Part shown: positions 48,730-61,303 of the stretch, piece after piece
Layout: every line of letters starts with the position of its first letter
How positions within the stretch are numbered: the first letter of the stretch is position 1
NCBI GenBank assembly: GCA_010093605.1
Contig: MU004195.1
Location: 1,131,566 to 1,195,565 of the forward strand
Source: Lophium mytilinum
Taxonomy: Eukaryota
Length of the DNA stretch: 64,000 nt
Direction of reading: 5' to 3'
The notes under the pieces: model-generated
Databases searched by the model: none
What the model was told of the DNA's origin: nothing
Seen by the model: the letters and a program-made list of their open reading frames with translations, nothing else
Program-made: the position numbers and the translations under genes

Positions 48730-50685
48730 ATGGACCCCTCTTCCCTGAAGAATGATATTACAGGCATAATGCCTGCCTGTATTAACGTACGCTCCCGTCC
48801 ACTCATCGCGAACTGCTTAGTTCAGCCTTGCTAATTTGTCGAAGGCTGCAATATTGGTCCACATCAACGCCGACAATGATCCTGCGGATAAGACTCGTGC
48901 ATCAGCGCTCATGAAAGACATAGGAATCCTCTATGATATTTTTAATTCGATTGAGCCTCTCCTCACATCCAACGTATTCCCCGGTGCTCGCAACGGAGCT
49001 GCCCTCCAAGCGAGCTTGCAGTCATGCATCAGCGACTGTGGTATCACCCTTGCGACTATCCAAGAAACGCTTAAGAGCCCCAGTAGTTTCGAACGAAGCG
49101 GCGTCTTCCGCAAGGCAACTCCCACCGAAAAAGCAACGGAGACTCAGTTCTTCTATCAGCAGGTGACACTACACCATACTGCTCTGACACTCGCTTCGCA
49201 AGCTATCAAATTGTGAGACTTTTCATCTCTGTCAAAAGAAGAACTTCCGTTAATCTTGAATGTTTCAGATGCAACGCCAGCCAAAACATCCCCAAACAGG
49301 ACGTCTCACAAAGGCTCAAAGACTTCAAAGCCCAAATCAGCAAAGCCATGGAAGCAATCGCGTTGCACCAGCAAACCACCATCCCAAACACCTTGACTAC
49401 CGTAACTACCGGTCATAGCCGCGCACCTAGTAATCTATATAAGCTTGCACTGCAAGCCGAAGCGCTGCGAGCAAGTGTCATTGTCGACACGAACGCATCG
49501 TCGACCAGGAGCAAATCGCTACCACATGACCTCTCAACCGCCCCCACATCATCAAGCCCAGACTCAAGTCTCGAAATGGAGAAGAAACTCCTAAAACAAT
49601 TCATCCAGCTGGGCGACGAAAATCTGCGATTACACGAATACCAAAAAGCAGAAACCTGCTTTTTCGAAGCCAACGAGCTCTTCAGAATCTGCAACGAAAC
49701 TCCAGACCCAGAAGCACTCGACGACCTCCAATCTAGGCTCGCACTAGCATACTGCGCGCAGGCGAAATGGCACCTCGCTGAACTGATCCTCTTCCCAATG
49801 CTCGACTCGGAACGGATTCTGGACCTGCTGGCAACACACTGCCTCCACGCGCTGGCGATGGGCCTCCTTTACATAGGCCAGCTCGAAACTGCGGAACGTG
49901 CATGTCGCGGAGCGCTCCAATGGAAAGAAAAGAAGTTCGGGAAAGATTATCGCTCGTATCTAGTCACAGCCGAGATCCTGGCGCGTATCTGCCACACAAA
50001 AGGTCTGCGCGATGAGGCGGACTCATGGCGTGTGCTGCTCCCGAAGAGCCTCTGGCTACATGGGAACAATGCGTGGGAGCTATACCTAACGATGAGCTGT
50101 CCGGAACTCGACACTGTGTCGACGGACTCCAATGGCCGAAGCGTTGAAGGAACCAGTTACGTGACGAAGTGGGGAGGATACCGGTCAGGAGACCCACCTA
50201 TCACTGACGGCCTCACGGAAGCAGCCCACCCCAATTTCTCCCCCTCACTTTCTCCCTCTTCATCAAAATCAGCAAGACTCGGTAACGAGAACGAGGGTTT
50301 CACCAAGCTCTGCAAATTCTCCGCGAAACTCTTCATTTTCCGCCGCACCGATCACACCTGGGGCTTTCACGGCGCCGGCGAAGTCGTCTTAGTAAAATAC
50401 AAGAGCAATGGGGTGACGCGGCTGATGATGCGGAAAGACAAGTCGTTGAAGCTGATTATGGATCATCGCGTGGATCCAAGCACTAAGATAAGCTTGAATA
50501 CGACTAGTGATCGGAGTTGGGTGTTCAATGCGAAGGATGATGTCGCTGAGGGAACGCCGAGGGATTTGACGCTCGCGCTGAGATTTGAGAACAGTGAGAA
50601 GGCGGAGCTGTTCAAGAAGGCTTTTGTGAAAGCGCAGGAGAGTAACGCGGAGGTGTTGGTGCCAGGGGGTGGGGTTGGGGGTTGA
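48730..50685 (+). CDS. Fusion protein: helical fungal N-terminal (HeLo-like) region + TPR repeats + C-terminal RanBP1-type Ran-binding domain, 3 exons
   Basis: MDPSS start; introns 48787-48844 and 49213-49268 restore one frame. TPR-like segments LALAYCAQAKWHLAE and LETAERACRGALQWKEKKFGK. RanBD1-like segments AKLFIF..W...G.GEV, RLMMRKDKSLKLIMDH, SDRSWVF and LALRFENSEKAELFKKAF. Confidence 0.8.
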
Positions 50686-50819
50686 GGGAGGGTCGGTTAT
50701 GATGTTTTCAGAGAAGAGAAGTATAGAAGTAGGTCTTTGTGACTGATTATTGGCCTTTGCTCCCCATGACACTGTACTTCACCAAATTACTCACTGCCCT
50801 CCATTCTCTTACGGTCTCC

Positions 50820-51914
50820 CTAACCTGTTCCTTGAAAATTCATCTCCTCCATCCCAAATTCCCGCGTCCAATCCGCCTCCTTATCCACCAACCCCTCCTC
50901 TCCCGTCAAGCAATCAAACGCCACATTCATCCTCTCAACATCCCTATGATCGCTCATAGGCGTCTTAAAACTCTCTCTCTTGATCAACCTCGCAACCTCC
51001 AACCGTGGCGCCCACGCCCTCAATCTCTGAATTGCTGCAGTCATATCCCTCACGTGATTAAACTGGTGCCGATATCCCGCGCGACAGCTCTTACTACTGT
51101 CCAGAAACCCATCCCGCCCCATCTTGCTCCACGTAGTAAGATTGACCACAACCTCACGAAGCGGGATAGTAGTAGCATTGGCGTCATCCGGTAAAGAAAG
51201 CGCATCAGGACAAATCCACGGCATCCTCACGCACAGCCGCCGCAGGGTCGGAAGATTCGCCGCGATGTCACGGCATATCTGACTCCTCGCAGCTTCTGCC
51301 GCGTAAAAGTAAGGGTCGTACTGCACGTCCACCACCAAGCTCGTCAGCACTTTCTGCGGCGCGGCGAGCAGAGTGCTGAGATCGGGGAGTTCGAGCACGT
51401 GGGGCAGGGACCAGATGGGGACGCTGGCGGGTCGGGTTACGGATACGCGGATGTCGAGCGCTTTGAGATGCTGGCAGGAGCGGATGAAGGCGCGGAGGTG
51501 GTGGATGCTGGCTTTGCGGGGCATGCGCCATGTGTGGCCTTCTACGGGGGTGGTTTCTGTGGCTCGCGCGCCGGGGAAGGGGGGTAGGGAGGTGGTGATG
51601 TTTAGGAGGTCGAGTTCGAGAGAGCGCAGTTTGGATGAAAGGGTGTCTACGTTTGTTATAGACGCGATTTCGTCTAGCATCGGTTGTCGGATTTTCGGTG
51701 ATATCGTAAAGTCTTTCGAAACTTCATTTTCGACACACAGAAAATCGCCATTTGTTCTAGGGAATAGCTTCACGTGCTGGAAGGAGATGGAGTGGGCAAT
51801 TTCGAACCAGCGTTTGCTGATTGTTAGAAGGGATAGTTGGAGAGGGAAATCGCTCACGCCTGCGTAGCGGAGGATTTGGAGGTAAATTTCTGTTGGAAGA
51901 GATTCTAGAGACAT
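50820..51914 (-). CDS. F-box domain hypothetical protein with LRR-like C-terminal region
   Basis: MSLESLPTEIYLQILRY..LLTISKRWFEIA (F-box). LxxLxL segments LRSLELDL, LKALDIRV, LTSLVVD and LPTLRRLCVR. Confidence 0.8.
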   Translation of the reverse strand: MSLESLPTEIYLQILRYAGVSDFPLQLSLLTISKRWFEIAHSISFQHVKLFPRTNGDFLCVENEVSKDFTISPKIRQPMLDEIASITNVDTLSSKLRSLELDLLNITTSLPPFPGARATETTPVEGHTWRMPRKASIHHLRAFIRSCQHLKALDIRVSVTRPASVPIWSLPHVLELPDLSTLLAAPQKVLTSLVVDVQYDPYFYAAEAARSQICRDIAANLPTLRRLCVRMPWICPDALSLPDDANATTIPLREVVVNLTTWSKMGRDGFLDSSKSCRAGYRHQFNHVRDMTAAIQRLRAWAPRLEVARLIKRESFKTPMSDHRDVERMNVAFDCLTGEEGLVDKEADWTREFGMEEMNFQGTG

Positions 51915-53147
51915 GGTTAAGATAAACAAGTTGAGCGTGAAGAAAGAATGAATGACATTTGGAGTGTTTAAGAAATGACGAAAGAAAAAATTGTTGAGCT
52001 TGTGCTGACTGACTCAAGGAGGAACAAAAAACGGTGAAGAGACCCTAAGGCCCATAGATAGAGCATCGACTAAGCCTGTTCGGGACTAACCAATCTCCCT
52101 CTCGAGTTTCAGACATGATTAGTTGATAAGGGTCAGCTATGGCGTTGTTGTGTGAGCACCACATTCTAGTATTGTCAGCGGATTGATGATTGACGAGGAA
52201 CGAGTGCTAGAACTGCCCGATGTCGGGCCCCTTCCTCTCTAGCAGGCTTACTCAGCATCTAGTGCATATCCTTCGTTCATTAGCTAGCTTTCTCGCCATC
52301 ATCAATACAACAGCCTTTGGCCCCACATCTGGTCTTCTTTGCTTTTCCATCTAACTGCCGCTCACCGAGCTGAACCACGGAGGTACACAGTGTGACAGGG
52401 CAGCCCCTGGATGCGTCCGATGAATTAGCGTGGTGTTCCCGCCAAGGGTGAACTACATGGGATTGGAACGGAGGAAGCCCTTTTCTGGACCAAATGTTAC
52501 CGAGACTGAGCTGAATCTGCTACGAGCATGGTACCGCAAGGCGTTACCTTCGAGATTATCCCTCTTTCGCAGCTGACTTTCCTGGCTTGATATCCGCTCT
52601 AATCACCCAATGCATCCAGAGGCTATTTTTGTAATGCATTCATCGATGCACGGTCCTCGCATGATTCGTACGCTCGCGTAGCAAATAGGTATTCAGCGCC
52701 GCGTTAGCTGCCTACATAGTAAACACCTTTCTCATCGCGCGCGTCCTCGCTATCCTCCTACCATTGCCAAACTAACGCCACGCTAACCACGGCTTCCGAC
52801 AACGCTTCTCCACGTTGCTCGATAAGACGTATCACGAAGCTGCCAAGAGCTGCGTGTTATCTTTCTTAAGTGGGGTTAGATTGTTATTGCTTTATGGTTA
52901 GACGTCTAGAGAAACGAAGCAAGAAGAACCAAGCCGAGCTCAGAGGTCAACAGGTCGACCCGCAGAGCCAATCAGCTTAACGTCTATCAGGACCTCAGCG
53001 GTCACTATCGAGGGAGCTCAAGCTGCCATCGGAGGCTGGCTTTCCACGAGAGACTGCGGATTGAAAGATTCTTACTCCTGTCCCACCTTGGTCCCTTGCA
53101 TACTCAGCATCGTTCTCCAGACATCATTTGGAATTTCCAATCCCAAC

Positions 53148-54146
53148 ATGCGCTCAAATCCAGCACTCGAAACCTTACAGTGGATACTTTTGGCTCCTCT
53201 CATATTGTGCGGCTTTGCCGTAAATTCTGTACTCCGACCTATAAGGAACGCGCAAGTCAAACGTAAATCCCGCGCAGTTCAGCTTCTGCTAGTACCTCAG
53301 CTTGGGCCCAAACGGACACGCAAGCTCACCTTTCAGCGAGATGCAGATCAAAGTCAGTCGCTATTCTTTACCAAGTTGCCCGCAGAGATTCGAATGATTA
53401 TATATGAGATGGTCTTGCGTAGCCATGGCTTTTCAATTTGGATAGACAGTCCTCTTTCTATACCCTTAACGCCACATCTCCGCGGCGAAGCACGTTGCCT
53501 CCATCCTAGTCATACACTTTGCGATCTTGACTGGAGTTATCCGGATCACATATGCCCGAGAAGCGTGCTGTTAGCAAGATATCTTTTTTTGCCGCTCTCT
53601 TGCAGAAGAATGTACGTCCGCTTATGCGATCTTGTTTCCATCACATATGTCACATCGACTAACATATAGCTAAGGTATTCGGAGTCTATTGACCTGCTCT
53701 ATTCCTCCAACACTTTCAAACCCCAGAATGTGCAATCTTTACTCTGGCTCTCAACTCGGCTTCAACCTCAACGCTTCCACGCTATCCGGGTCGTGGAGTT
53801 TGACTACTTGATTAAGAGGCTACCTGGCTATGTAATCATACCCGAAGACTCTTCCAAGTACATCCCAGAAAGTGCTGAAGACTGGTGCTTCGTTTGGGGA
53901 GTAGTCTCATCCATGAGAGGTCTCAGGCACTTGCATGTGGAACTAGTGATCGAGCACCGCATGGAAGGGGCATGGCTCGCTCACGAAGACAGATTACTGC
54001 AGCAGGTCAGGAGGGTTGTCATTCCTCCGCGCTTCGATCTCGTTATGCCGTTCCGCGGATGTCGTCAGTATGATATGGGTCCCTCCTCGTGTCGACTATT
54101 GCCCATTGAAGAAAGGCGGCTGGACTACCGTCGCGTAGAGTATTGA
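53148..54146 (+). CDS. F-box-like/DUF7730-type hypothetical protein (paralog 2), 2 exons
   Basis: QSQSLFFTKLPAEIRMIIYEMVL. Intron 53612-53674 gives SCRRMYSESIDLLYSSNTF. Also PQRFHAIR and WGVVSSMRGLRHLHVEL. Confidence 0.82.
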
Positions 54147-54912
54147 GGCATAAGTGAGGGGAAGGTGGATTTCCAGGCAATTGATTATCAAAGGCATCTC
54201 GGTATACAAGCAAGAGCCTGCCGTGGCCTCTGTATATACTCTTGACCTTGGAAGCGGTAATATAGCAACTTCACCCTCCATCATGTCAGTTCTTCGGAAC
54301 TTCTAAAGGAAGTATGGCTAATTTGGGATTGGGTTGCAAATGGTCTTTTCTATCTAATTCCCATCCAAAGCTTACATCTAAAATAACGCCATGAAGCTTC
54401 AGCCAGTGTGATGCAAGCTAGACGGGTGCTCACTCGTGCCTACGCGGATGAGCTTGGAGTCTCAATGATGGTTTAGGTGGTTAGATTGTCTGCAGAGCAA
54501 GAGTCTGAATGACTGTAATCCTCAATCACCATATACTGGCCCCCATCCTATGGATAGACATCCAAATCATCCTTTACCATGGCGGACGATACGATTTCAG
54601 TTCTTGAGAAAGATCATTGGCCAGAGCTCAGTGATGAATCTAATTCCGACACGTGACGCATCACGTGCTGTAGATGACATCACAAATTCTCCAGATACTG
54701 CTGAACATTGAATGGCTGTTTCAGATTTACGGTTAACCTCAAATGAAAAGAATAGGTGGATCACGAAGCGCATGGCAGTTTTTGGAGTGGACAGATAAGA
54801 GTCTCGTACGCCGCTGCTGTGCCGCATTCGTGAGCGGGGAACTCCCTCACCTTCTTCAGTCCCCACTATCCTACAATTACTATCAATTTGATACGGTCAA
54901 GCTCTTGAGGGA

Positions 54913-56046
54913 ATGGCCACCGTCAATTTTCCTTTCATAACTCCTTCAACCACAGCCGGAAAAATTGGTATCAATATCCTGACAATATGCGGGGCTCTTC
55001 TCTGCGTTCCTTGCCAGTGTTACCTGGCTGTTGCTCGTCCTCTAGCTGAGCAACGAAGAGAGAAGAAAAGAGAACGTGACCTTGAAGCTGCGCAGCATCT
55101 GTTCACGCCTAGAGCTCGACCAGTTAGAGAGCGCACATTGTCACTCTACAACATCGAATCTCTCCAGTCGTCGACGGAGCACCAGGCGCAATCAAGCTTT
55201 CTTAGCAAGTTGCCCCTGGAGCTCTGTTTGCCCATCTATGAGGAGTTGCTACGCGGAAACATGTTTCACATTTGGATGGACTCTGAGGCTGGTCCCCCTC
55301 CAACACATCGTCTCCGCAGCGAATACTGCGCGGAAAACTACCACCCAAACCGTGGCTTGAAATGCTTCAGATCTCGAAAGATGTCTGAAGGGAATTTTCT
55401 TTCGTTGCTTCTAACGTGCAGAAAAATGTAGGCTCTTTTCTTCAATGCCTTGTGAGGTACCATGATAGCGCATGCTTACACCTAACCCAGGTACACCGAG
55501 TCCGTCGAGGTGCTTTACACGGCCAACACTTTTAGGCCCGACGATGCGAATTCGTTTCTATGGATGTCAAACTGGATCTTACCCCAACGCTTCCAAGCCA
55601 TTCGTTCCTTGCAGCTTCACTACTACGTTTGGAGTCATACTTCTTGGAAAGACCAAGTATCAGTCCTGCCAACCAAAGCTCGAAACAATCCTATACTCCA
55701 CGGAAAATACCGGCCTGGAAGCTCAGAGGACTGGACTCACGTCTGGATAGTTATAGCATCTATGAGAGGCCTTCGTAAGCTTGAAGTTGAGCTTACAGCT
55801 GCATCCGAATTGAAATCGATCTGGCTAGCACAGGAAGTGGTTATGCTTGAGGCTGTTAAGGCAGTAACATCCCCTTCGAACTTCCTGCTCACTCTTCCGT
55901 TTGCCGGGAGCCCTCATTCACATGAGATGTACCCGTCTCTTTGTCAGGTCGTCGTCCCGGAGGAAGATAGATGCGTGACCATCACGAGGCTCCTAGCTCA
56001 AAGAATGAGAAAGAGGAGGCGGCCTGGGCGTGAGCGTGGGCAGTAA
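54913..56046 (+). CDS. F-box-like/DUF7730-type hypothetical protein (paralog 3), 2 exons
   Basis: QAQSSFLSKLPLELCLPIYEELL. Intron 55428-55490 gives TCRKMYTESVEVLYTANTF. Also PQRFQAIR and WIVIASMRGLRKLEVEL. Confidence 0.82.
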
Positions 56047-56434
56047 TCCGCTTAATTCTCAATCCGTCATGAAGCCGGTCGATTAATCCATACCTATGTA
56101 AGCCAATCCGATCGATCCGGAGGTGTGTCAACCCTCATAGTAAACATCATTGGAAACATCTTTAGGTATGCATTGCTCTGAACTGGTGCCATCCCTACGT
56201 CACTCCAATTCTCACCCTACTTGCCCCTTACCATATTGGTTCGGGTGTAAGGATATTGTATCTGAGAGATTATCACAGGAAATGATTTACTCCAGATTCT
56301 AACAAGGTACTATCGAGACTCCAATTCATTAACTGTTCACATCCACAGGAAGAATAACTCAAACGCGGCTCCAGCATTGATGACTCGCCAAACCCATAAC
56401 CACGATGTTTCTTCAAGATCGTGATCATGGTTTA

Positions 56435-57929
56435 CTACAAATTGTCTTCTCTATGTTCAACATAATCCCACAGCCAGTCAAACATCAGCCATTCGGACTT
56501 GGCGTTTCGTATTTGGACGTCACCTTCCCGTCTTGCTTGACGTACAAAGGGGGCGACTTCAGTCGCAGGCTTATAGCTGCAAAGATGACTTAGAGAAGAA
56601 CCTGAGTGTTGGCTAGCTTGAGTTTTACTCACCAGAAGCAAATAATGCGAACGTATCTGCAACCACTGGGTCAGCTTCCAAACACTCAAGCCCTATCGAA
56701 TTCCACTCACCAGCGTTGTTAGTAGCCTGTCCCTCTTCCACCACTTTGTCTTCGGGATACTGAGCTATTCGTCGACAGTTCTTCCACCCTGTCAATGTCA
56801 GTTTCAATCCGAGGTCGTTATTGAGATAGCCAAGATCCGGTACCGTAGCTGTCAAAGCCTTCTACATCATCCTTGTCCCCTCCCGCCTGCGTATGAGTAA
56901 GCTGCGAAAGTTGTTAGCATCGACAGGCTAAGCAACTAGCCCTTTGCATGCCCATACCTCATGCACTAAAGTCTTTTCGAATAGAGACATTAGGTCGATG
57001 GGAGAGAATTTGAGCTTCGAGTAAAGCGTCGGCAGGTTCATATAACTGGCCACCTTTGCGAGAAAGGATCGTCCGAAACCATCCGAAAGCTTCCATTTTC
57101 TTTTCTTCGCGATCGCGAGGAAAGGTGGACAGATGGTGATGAGATCGTAGTCGGGACCTTCCGAGGTGAACATGACGGTAGGTATCTGGTTAACTTTGGC
57201 GTAACATCTGGCACCTGGGCTCTCCGTCACTGGTGTGTCTTCATCTCCTCCAGTCATTACTTCTTCGATGTCTGCGCTTTTGTTAGAATGTGCTGGTACT
57301 CTGCCAGGCAACAGAAAGATATCTCCTACCCTCATCCCACCACAAGTTGTCATCTCGCTTCTTATACCGATCGGTGTTGCAAAACACCTTCTATGACGAT
57401 ATTTAGCGATACAGATAACTCTAGGATCTACTCCTCTGGACTGTACTCACCACATCCATAGTATTCATCCTACGTTCGTCGGATACTTCATTCCTCATGG
57501 AGATGATCCCACCGAAAACCTCTAATATCCAATTGATTGGCATGGATTCAGTTGTGAAGTGAACGTTCTTACCTGCGAATGGTATTCCAGCCTCGTTTAT
57601 GTCCGCAACTCCGTCTTGCATCTGCCCGCTTGTATACTTGTCTATGGTGTGTTTCGGCAACAACCATCGAATGAGCTCCAAGGTCTTTTCATGCAAACTA
57701 CCTTGCGTCTCTTGGAAAGCATTATCTGCCATTTGGAACGCGGCGTTCATACCGTCTCGTACGAACGTGAGGTCATCTTTGGTGATGTTAGTCAAGTAAA
57801 TCGAAAGAATGCTAATGTTGAGCTGAACTCACCTCCGGTACATGATACGGGGTCGATCATGTATCCCGTGATTGGATTGATACATCGCATCACCACTAGG
57901 GGCACTAGGTATGGAAGCAGAAACCTCAT
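56435..57929 (-). CDS. Secreted zinc metallopeptidase-like protein (M35/aspzincin-type fold), about 7 exons
   Basis: Signal-like MRFLLPYLVPLVV. Spliced product contains ITICPPFL, LVHE|LTH (HExxH split by intron 56957-56902), DDVEGFDSY|GWKNC and NNA|DTFALFASG. Confidence 0.72.
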
Positions 57930-59112
57930 CTTTTCGATTATGAAAGTTAGATCTTAGCACGAAAGGAAAATACTAAATGACCATAGCTATCACTAGGGCC
58001 AGCACGTTCTGCTTATGTATGCATGTACTTGAAGCGACGTGTCTTCGATTTGTTCCTTCCTCCCCGCCTCTCCCAATATCATATCCAAGGTGATAAATGG
58101 GAAGGGGGAGACTCCTGAAACGAAGGATGGGTCCTCATTCCGGACGGATTCGTGGCTGTGAGAGGCGGGTCTCAGGCGTCACATGCTTCCTAGGTATGTA
58201 TCTAGCCTTTCGCGAACTTTTGTATGCGAATATACTTCACAAAGAAAGGTGTCTATGCAGGGCTCGTACTCTTTACAATCTTACTAAGCGTAATACGTGT
58301 CTTAGAGTCCATACTGGTAGCAGCACGTTTCCAACAAATATGGTCCTGAGATACCACAAGGGCTGGCTGGGTTGAGAGGATGCAGGATGGGCACCACGCC
58401 GTACCAACACCAACGCACAAGAGTCATCTACCTCGCATGTAAAGGCTCATCCGTCCTGAAAAGTCTATTTTCATCGCACTGAATGGTGGCTGTTTCATCC
58501 TTCAGCTGTGCCGCATGTCGGACGAACACCGACTGTGCCATACCGATGAGCAACGTGTCCTCGATACACTCTCTTCGTGAGAGAGTTGATTTGCTTTTCT
58601 CTTTCTTTTTATGTCTTGTATGGACTGTTTGCTTTCTTATTGGTTGTGGGAGCTTGTGTTGAAATGACTAGCACGGAAGGAATTTGTTGGCGTCTTAGAG
58701 TCCTACATACTCGACTACTCGCCGACGCTACTGCTATTGCGATGCGCCACCAAAATCTTTCACAACAAGCACATCCGGCCTATGAAATCCTCAATGACGT
58801 ACTTGAAACGTTGTTGTGTACGTGGAGCACTCTCATTCGAACCAAGTTGAGAATCAATTCCAGTCTTCGCCGCGGCGAAGCTCTACTTCATGATGTATTG
58901 TATGTGCAATCTGTCATCTAAAGCAGTTTACCTGTCAGCGCTACCGTGCTCTTTTTATTTAGAAGCTAGAATAGTCTCCTCCACCGCTTGAAACAACTCT
59001 TACCCGCCACCTGAACAACGACCAGAATACTACATGAAAATCGGATCTTCTTTCTTTGATTACCTACATTGCCAGCATCAAACGTCTATCTAGCTATACA
59101 ACAATAGCCAAT

Positions 59113-60667
59113 ATGCTTCTTGTTTCTCTGCAACGATCATATTGCTGGGTTGTGTTGTTCTCTTATCTCTCCGAGAAGGTGCTCGCGGCGGTACTCTCCA
59201 CCTCTCTTGCACGGGACGGCATCATCCCTACCGCTTCCGGCCAGATCGGAGTCAACCCAGTTCTTTCAGATCTAGGGCCGGAGACTCAATATGTCGGCGC
59301 TATCGGTCCCCATACAGAGGTCCTTCTAGCAGCGTCCGGAGTCACCAAGTGGATCGGAAAGGACCCCTTCTTCACTCAAATCGATGTCACCATGACCATC
59401 AGCAACCAAGCAGTAGCCACCAAAACGGGGGTTCAACTCTCTGCTGTGACCGCTACTGCGTCGGCTGACGGACAAGAGCCTGGAGACGTGGCTCTCGCGA
59501 TTGGACCCGTTCTGAAGAACAAGATATCTGATTTCGCCGCAGACGCTGTGGCAGCGTGCAAAGTAGTCAAACGTATGAAGCGCGATTACGGCAGCGATGC
59601 TTTCGCGGAGTGTCTCGCTCGCGAAGCATTTGAGAGTTCGGGGCCTGGAGGTCCCCTGGAAGCCGAGCTTGTTGAGCTGGACACTCTTTTACCAGCCGTT
59701 CCGGAATCAGTCAGTATAGAGTTCGATATCATCGCCGCTCTGTACACTATTGCAAAAACTCAGGCTCGACGTAAAGCGTTCTGGTTCCTCAAGATAGGAG
59801 CAACTCTTTGGGCTGGCTCAGAGGTAGTTCCGTGGGTGTGGAACTTTTTGAAGTCTCCCAAGGGACTTATCACTCCATCACCCACATCTGCCATCTTGAC
59901 GGGATGTGCTGCAGGAGCTCCAACGGGGATCAACCTTCCATTCTGCCCCAGCGACGACTGTCAAGAACTACCAGAGTACCGGAAATGCACTACTGGAAAC
60001 TGGAAGAGCTGTGATTGCGCCCTGGGCGCAAAAATCGTTGCTTACAGTGGCTACGATAACGATTGGCTCAACCAGCAGCAGGAAGTTTTGGGTGAGATCG
60101 ATGGGATGGCTGACCCTCCACCAAACTGCACTTTTGTACCGAAGGAAGTTGACTTTGACGGCAATTCTCGGACGGACCCCGAAAGCTGGTGCAGATGCTT
60201 TGACTCGTGGAACAATGTTTGGCCTGTCTACTCATACTCGACTATTCCTTCAGGCTCGGCATCACCTTGTGGATACACATCCCTTCCGGCTGCCCAAATA
60301 AGCGTCGCAACCAAACCGCTGCCGACTGGAGTTAGTCTCACAAGTTGTCGCAAGGTAACGTAAGTAACAGCACTCTATCGAACGAATCAGTAACGGCACT
60401 AACCACTTTCTCGAATATAGTCTAGCGCCATATACCGTAACTGCCGGACCTCCACTGGCGACTGGAATACCGTTAGTGAGCTGTACCTGCAACGACAATT
60501 TGATGTACCCTATCTTCACCCGTCAAACCCTTGGCGAGACTGTGACCCTCTGTCAGACCGATGCGGATAACTACGGTGGTCCGCTGCCTACACCACCGAT
60601 CACTAGTTCGCCCTCTAGCAAGCCTTGGTACGTAGCCGCTTCAACTGTACTGACAGCATCACTCTGA
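59113..60667 (+). CDS. Cys-rich, probably secreted hypothetical protein; 3' end uncertain
   Basis: 435-codon ORF plus a second exon after intron 60360-60420. Hydrophobic N-terminus, Kex2-like KRMKR, many Cys (CPSDDC..KCTTGNWKSCDC, WCRC, PCGY, CTC) and Thr/Pro-rich linkers. Confidence 0.7.
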
Positions 60668-61303
60668 AACCTATGTTCGTATTCCTCTACTCTCCTGGAG
60701 AACGGAAGTTCACTTTCTCATTAAATTGGCTCGTGGGATAAAGCTCTGGCAATAAGAACGCTTCAATTTCTACAAGTTCTATATTTTATATCTCAACGAA
60801 ACGTTTCGCGAGCAACCTGCCTATATGATCTTGACTATCTAAGTACCAGCCTATTGCTCTAAATCTTAAGCACCTTTCTCCGGCTCTACAAGTTCTCACC
60901 TTATCACCTCCGCCTCTCCTAACCTCACTGTCTACGACGCTTTCCCGATTGTTACTAGACCTCAGGTTCTATGGAAGTCCTCTCTCAATTATTACTATCC
61001 CTCAGTTTCTATGGAGATTAATACGTCAATTGGTCACATTGAATAGCAACAGTAGATATCACGTGACTGTTTACAAAGATGGTTAGTGCGCAGAAGCCCC
61101 TGTTCACTAGAACCGCGCTTATCGGAGCTTTCTTCACGATCACATCCAAGTATAAATCTGCATCTACAGAGACTCATACACGCTGCTTTGTCCTGTACCG
61201 CTTTTCTCTTCACATCTCTCATTCAGTGCCGCCAAATCTGTCTAATTTAAGTCCCTTCTCGAAATCACTTTCGTAACGTTCATTGCCACCTCAACATCAC
61301 AAA

